Below are positions 59,665-64,000 of a stretch of 64,000 bases of DNA, piece by piece. A program made the translations under genes and the position numbers. Origin of the DNA: an uncultured Parachlamydiaceae bacterium. GTDB lineage: Bacteria > Chlamydiota > Chlamydiia > Chlamydiales > Parachlamydiaceae. Location: assembly GCA_963742415.1 (NCBI GenBank), contig CAVULX010000003.1:64001-128000 (forward strand), read 5' to 3'. The notes below the pieces were generated by a model. The model saw only the letters and a list, made by a program, of their open reading frames with translations. It searched no databases and had not been told where the DNA came from. Numbering within the stretch: the stretch's first letter is position 1; each line of letters begins with the position of its first letter.

Positions 59665-60909
59665 ATGGTAAAAAAATTGTTATCCATCGGTTATTATCTC
59701 ACCATCTTTATTTATTTTTATGTCAGCCCACTTCCAGCAAGCGATAAAATAGTTGCTCAAAACGGAGAAACATCCCCCAGTAACGAAACACAAAAAGAAT
59801 ATCATCGCCTAATCTTTGATAAAATTGAAAACGCAATCTTTATAAAAAGTTATGGTGAGTATCTCCAAAACCTCAAAATAGAGCTGCAAACACGTCAAAA
59901 GAAACCAGAACAGGAGGTTCCGGCATTCCAAGTCGCTATTTTAGGAAATAGCACCAATGACATCACCTCAGATGGAATTAATGAAAAAGTGCTCGTCATG
60001 CTCCTGCAATCTATCAGCAAACACAACCCCCAAGCGGTCTTTTTTACAGGTAATTTAATTCATGGATTAAAAGCGGCAGAAAAAAACAATAAAAATATCA
60101 TCGAAATGCCCGTTGAAAAAACACTCACAGGAGAGATCATCGAAAAAGATAGGGGGGTCTATGACAAAGAGTGGTTTGAGCAACAACTGGATCATTTTAC
60201 CGAAATTTTAAACAAAAATCTGGAGCCTTCGATCCCATTCTATCCAGTTCCAGGCGCGTACGAAACATTAGGAGCAGATTCCTTAGAGCTCTTTAAAAAC
60301 CATTTTAAGCTTGAAAATGTGGAAATCTTTGATTCACAACAACTCGCTTATACCGTTGTCATTGAAAATGCCCTATTTGTCCTTTTATCCACTGATTATT
60401 TGAATGAAAAAACTCGTCATGTCGAGCCGGGTCTCCTTCCCCCACTACTGACTTGGTTGCAAACCACAGTGAGCAAAATGAACGGTTCATACTTTTACAA
60501 ATTTGCTTTAGGCTCCAGTGCCGCTTTTTCCACGAAGAACTCTTTCGGAATTTTCGACGGATTGGACAAAGACCCAAAAACAAGGGATCAATTCTGGCGG
60601 TTTTTACGCGACCATCAATTTTGGGCTTATATTTGCAGTGGTGAAGTTCTATTCGACAGATCTTTTACCCATGGAATGTGGCAAATCATTACCGGCGGAG
60701 CCGGCGCGGCGCGCAACTTTCGTGGTGTCAAGTCCACGGCCTTTCACCATTATCTTCTATTGACAATTCCAAAAGAAAAAGGGGGAAAGGTCATCATCGA
60801 AGTCTACGATTTAGCGGGAAAAGCTGTAGATCAAGCCACGATTGTGCAAGGAAAGCACCCCTCGTTCGAACACAATTTTCGGATTTCTTTTAGCACACTA
60901 GAACCTTAG
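59665..60909 (+). CDS. Exported calcineurin-like phosphoesterase-fold protein with degenerate metal ligands
   Basis: Signal peptide. VAILGNS, VFFTGNLIHG, FYPVPGAYE, AYICSGE and IITGGAGA occur in metallophosphoesterase order. Confidence 0.6.
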   Translation: MVKKLLSIGYYLTIFIYFYVSPLPASDKIVAQNGETSPSNETQKEYHRLIFDKIENAIFIKSYGEYLQNLKIELQTRQKKPEQEVPAFQVAILGNSTNDITSDGINEKVLVMLLQSISKHNPQAVFFTGNLIHGLKAAEKNNKNIIEMPVEKTLTGEIIEKDRGVYDKEWFEQQLDHFTEILNKNLEPSIPFYPVPGAYETLGADSLELFKNHFKLENVEIFDSQQLAYTVVIENALFVLLSTDYLNEKTRHVEPGLLPPLLTWLQTTVSKMNGSYFYKFALGSSAAFSTKNSFGIFDGLDKDPKTRDQFWRFLRDHQFWAYICSGEVLFDRSFTHGMWQIITGGAGAARNFRGVKSTAFHHYLLLTIPKEKGGKVIIEVYDLAGKAVDQATIVQGKHPSFEHNFRISFSTLEP

Positions 60910-60913
60910 TGTG

Positions 60914-60979
60914 CATCGACATGGTCGAAGCGGACTTGGACTTTGCCGTTCGTCCATTAAGTCCGCTTCGTTCATGATG
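60914..60979. repeat. Degenerate GGAC/GTCC-type palindrome between convergent genes
   Basis: CATGGTCGAAGCGGACTT...AAGTCCGCTTCGTTCATG. Confidence 0.65.
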
Positions 60980-60991
60980 TTAGTCCAATTT

Positions 60992-61300
60992 TTATCTAAA
61001 GAATCCTAAAGAAAATCCTGTGTAAACAGCAGGGCGAGAAGGATATACATATGTTCTTGGAGCTGGCTGAACATAGACTCTTTCCCGAACTGGATAGGGA
61101 TAATATCCATAAGGATTCACATAAACACGCTCTTCCACGTATGTTGGATATTGTTGCTCAACGACATATCCTGGAGTACTGATAAGGGGTCCAAAGTTCA
61201 AGGAAAAGTGGGTGTGGTGTTTGGCTTCCAAAGACAATTTAGGGCCTACAACAAAAAAAGCGGTTAATAACAAAACTGAACATAAAATTGATAGTTTCAT
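60992..61300 (-). CDS. Small secreted Tyr/Pro/Val-rich protein
   Basis: RBS GGAGG, signal peptide and repeated ERVYV segments. Confidence 0.75.
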   Translation of the reverse strand: MKLSILCSVLLLTAFFVVGPKLSLEAKHHTHFSLNFGPLISTPGYVVEQQYPTYVEERVYVNPYGYYPYPVRERVYVQPAPRTYVYPSRPAVYTGFSLGFFR

Positions 61301-61530
61301 AAAACCTCCATGGTTTATTTATTAACTCATCAACAATTTTACTTAATTAAATATTTTTATGGAATATAAAATAAAAATTTTACAATATAAAGTACCGTTG
61401 CCTAAATAACCACTTAGATTACTAAAAATTACTTTAAATCGTCTTCCAAAGTTTTATTTAAGAAGCTCTTGATTATATGGAAAATTCGTGGTAAAATGAA
61501 GGAAAAAGCATGGTTAAAGGAAGTTTTTTC

Positions 61531-61923
61531 ATGAGCGCATTAAGTCATGATATTTTTTCGAACATACCAAAAAAGGATTATCTTTCCCTTCTTGATAAAG
61601 GAGATTCTCCTCGTGCTTCCAAGGTTATTGAATTCGTCGAATTTAAAAAAGATGATATTGCAAAAGCTACTGGGGTTCCTTTCAGTTCTGTTCGTTATGA
61701 CGAACGGATGCCTCAAATCCTTAAAGATAGATTGAGAGAATGGGCGAATTTATTTAATTTGGTTGCTCAGTTTTTTGAAGGGGATGCTACAAAAACGGCT
61801 CTTTGGTTTAAGACCCCAAATCCAATGCTTGGTAACATTTCTCCTCGCGATATGATACGCTTCGGCCGTTATCAAAAACTTCTTAAATTTATTGTCAATG
61901 CAATCTCTGAAAACCAAAATTAG
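61531..61923 (+). CDS. Xre/MbcA/ParS-type antitoxin
   Basis: HTH DIAKATGVP and C-terminal LWFKTPNPMLGNISPRDMI. Confidence 0.85.
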   Translation: MSALSHDIFSNIPKKDYLSLLDKGDSPRASKVIEFVEFKKDDIAKATGVPFSSVRYDERMPQILKDRLREWANLFNLVAQFFEGDATKTALWFKTPNPMLGNISPRDMIRFGRYQKLLKFIVNAISENQN

Positions 61924-61935
61924 CATCCTTTCAAC

Positions 61936-62634
61936 ATGCATTCAAAATCTCCATTTTTTTTGCTCGATTCTTTTTCTGCACAAGATCTTGATATATGGGA
62001 AGCTCAAAAAGACAAAATTCTTAGATATCATTGGGATCTCTACAATGACTTTGCTTACCAAAGACATAAAATAGCTGACCAATTACGCATGGCCCTTCTG
62101 GAAGCTACCATCAGGCCTTACGAATTTAAGGGATGGCAAAGACAAGTGAGTCTTTCAGCTTTAGAATTAGCCTTAATAAAAAAGGATTCTATTAGCATTG
62201 TTTCTGTAAATGGAAAATTGGAATCAATTATCGATTTGCAAAACCCTAGCAAACTAAAACCATTTCTAAATCTGATTAAAAAATTTTCTATCTCAGAAGG
62301 AATTATTCAAATGGCAAAAAACATTGGTATAGAACGTCCCTCAAAAATTAAAAGCCTTAAATCTTTAATCGATACACTTTTGGAACCTTACTGACGAGCG
62401 TGGTGTATTCAATTCGATATTCCTGCCAATTGTCAAATTTTTGGTCAATTGGTGGCAAATGCAGGAATAGAAGGAATCCTATATCCATCCAAATTCACAG
62501 GGAAGAAGTGCTTAGCAATCTATCCTCAGAACTTTGATTCGGAATCCTTTATTACTATAGAAGGGGGTTTTCCAGAAGGTATAGTTTCAAGACTAGATTC
62601 AAATACTTGGCCATCGATAAAAGCGTCATTTTGA
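61936..62634 (+). pseudogene. RES-domain toxin, inactivated (in-frame TGA at 62392-62394 and apparent internal deletion)
   Basis: The downstream fragment is in frame: EPY*RAWCIQFDIPANCQIFGQLVANAGIEGILYPS..CLAIYP (RES S-motif). The GGRFN/ALY..E segment is absent. Confidence 0.75.
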
Positions 62635-62804
62635 ATCAATTGTCTTTTTGGTCCACTAGTGTTCCAGTACACGGCGCGATTTCTCAATATCAACCACTAT
62701 AAATCAACATCTTTTCTCTATAAAAAATCTCTACGACAAAAAATTAAAATAAAAATTTGACTCATATTAAACAAATCAAGATGATAGGGTTTTAAAGGTA
62801 TGGT

Positions 62805-63371
62805 ATGTTTTCATCAAAAACGTTGCTTTTATCTTTGCTTCTATTTTCTAGTTGCAGCCTCATGCGTACGATCCAAGAAAGCACAAACGCAATTGAGCGG
62901 AATAAAGAGGTGATTGAAGCAACAACTGGTGTAATATGGAATAATTATGATGCCGTCCAAGCTAGCACGCGCGTAATTGAATCAAACAAAAATGCCGTGG
63001 CAGATAGCACCCACGTCATTCAAAACAACATGAATTTAATTGCCCAAAGCAATCACGCCATCGCCGATAACGAAGCTTTGGTGTCTAAAAGCAATGAAGC
63101 CATTGCGGAGAATTTCTCTTTAATCAACAAAGCTAATCAAGCCATAGCGAATAATGGCACTGTGGTTGCTCATAGTACCGATCTAATCCAAAAAAATGGG
63201 GAGGCCGTTGAACAAGCCACCCTCATGCTCACTAAACTTAAGCCCGACAGTGGAGTAGCAGCTCTTGGGCTGGCCATCCTTTTATTGCTTATCTTCGCCC
63301 CTTCAATTTTGATGGTGATCTTTATGTGGAAGATCCATGCCGGCTTAAAAGAACTGAATCGAAAAAAATAA
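62805..63371 (+). CDS. Lipoprotein with Asn-rich heptad repeats and a C-terminal TM segment
   Basis: Lipobox LFSSC, 7/14-aa periodic N..AI..S(T/N)..I repeats and a hydrophobic C-terminal helix. Confidence 0.75.
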   Translation: MFSSKTLLLSLLLFSSCSLMRTIQESTNAIERNKEVIEATTGVIWNNYDAVQASTRVIESNKNAVADSTHVIQNNMNLIAQSNHAIADNEALVSKSNEAIAENFSLINKANQAIANNGTVVAHSTDLIQKNGEAVEQATLMLTKLKPDSGVAALGLAILLLLIFAPSILMVIFMWKIHAGLKELNRKK

Positions 63372-63373
63372 TT

Positions 63374-64000
63374 TCAAAGATTTATTCTTTTTAGGATTTC
63401 TTTTGCCGTTTTGGTTGAACCGGATAGATCTATATTAAGGGTAGGATAAGGAGCTTCTAGCGCAGCCTTTATAGCATCAGAAAGCTTAATGGGATGGAGT
63501 TCACCCCTTTCTAAAATTTTTATAGCCCCCCTTTCAGCTAGCTTTTTTACCCGCAAAACATGTTCGACATGGGCATAGGGATAAATGAGCGCGCGGGTTT
63601 GTGTGCTGATAGCCTCTATCACGGTGGATCCCCCTAAGCTAACAGATAGCATGCTTTCCTCTAATAAAGAGGAAAAATCCGTACGAAACTGTTCGAGGGT
63701 GCAATTTTTCAGGTTCAGGGCAGTTATCGTTTCTTTGATGTCCGCTAAAACTACCGGCAATGTTTTGGGACCTAGAACAAGCCTAAACTGCCAATCTGGC
63801 AAAAAAAATGCCGCAAGAGTAACGGCAAAAGGCAATTCCCCTCCATAAGCTCCCCCTCCATTGCTGACAATGATTTGCTTTTTCCTCTCTTTTTTCAAAT
63901 TGAACATCTGCGAGGGGTCTGTCACATAACCTGTATAGACTATTTTATTGGCAATCGAAGGGGCGAGGGAAAATGAATCATCCAAGCGAGTGATGGAGGG
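63374..64000 (-). CDS. Glycosyltransferase (GT28/MurG-like C domain); 5' end outside the window
   Basis: YTGYV, IIVSNGGGAYG, SVSLGGSTVIEA and EHVLRV. The frame stays open to the window edge. Confidence 0.72.
   Translation of the reverse strand, partial: PSITRLDDSFSLAPSIANKIVYTGYVTDPSQMFNLKKERKKQIIVSNGGGAYGGELPFAVTLAAFFLPDWQFRLVLGPKTLPVVLADIKETITALNLKNCTLEQFRTDFSSLLEESMLSVSLGGSTVIEAISTQTRALIYPYAHVEHVLRVKKLAERGAIKILERGELHPIKLSDAIKAALEAPYPTLNIDLSGSTKTAKEILKRINL

Noticed and set aside
62392-62394. TGA recoding (Trp or Sec)
   Set aside because: TGA is a normal stop in other genes here (for example at 14585 and 21695), and the toxin also appears to lack its core.

Overview
A 64-kb chromosomal segment that most likely comes from an environmental chlamydia (Parachlamydiales-like). 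This placement is inferred from the topA-SWIB fusion, the nifU/nifS-like/gpmA/rluB block, the dppF/dppD/DUF47/pit block and a bat gene cluster. Core genes alternate with AT-rich accessory inserts. The best candidates for new biology are three eukaryote-like, probably host-directed proteins. The first is an NSF/Sec18-like ATPase with an NSF-type N domain, repeated N subdomains and only one AAA domain (14809-17424). The second has four bZIP-type basic regions and is bracketed by two inverted copies of a ~135-bp MITE (6376-7922). The third is a 3940-aa protein with a DUF3638-like P-loop module. The window also contains several families of palindromic miniature elements, some nested inside one another, and a class II ribonucleotide reductase preceded by NrdR-like boxes. 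There are two triplicated glyco-enzyme clusters, an apparently intact MNT-HEPN toxin-antitoxin pair and an Xre-RES pair whose toxin is disabled. Several split genes, including essential topA, break at homopolymers and are probably sequencing errors. No tRNA, rRNA, CRISPR array or transposase was recognised. All family calls come from reading motifs by eye; no database searches were run.
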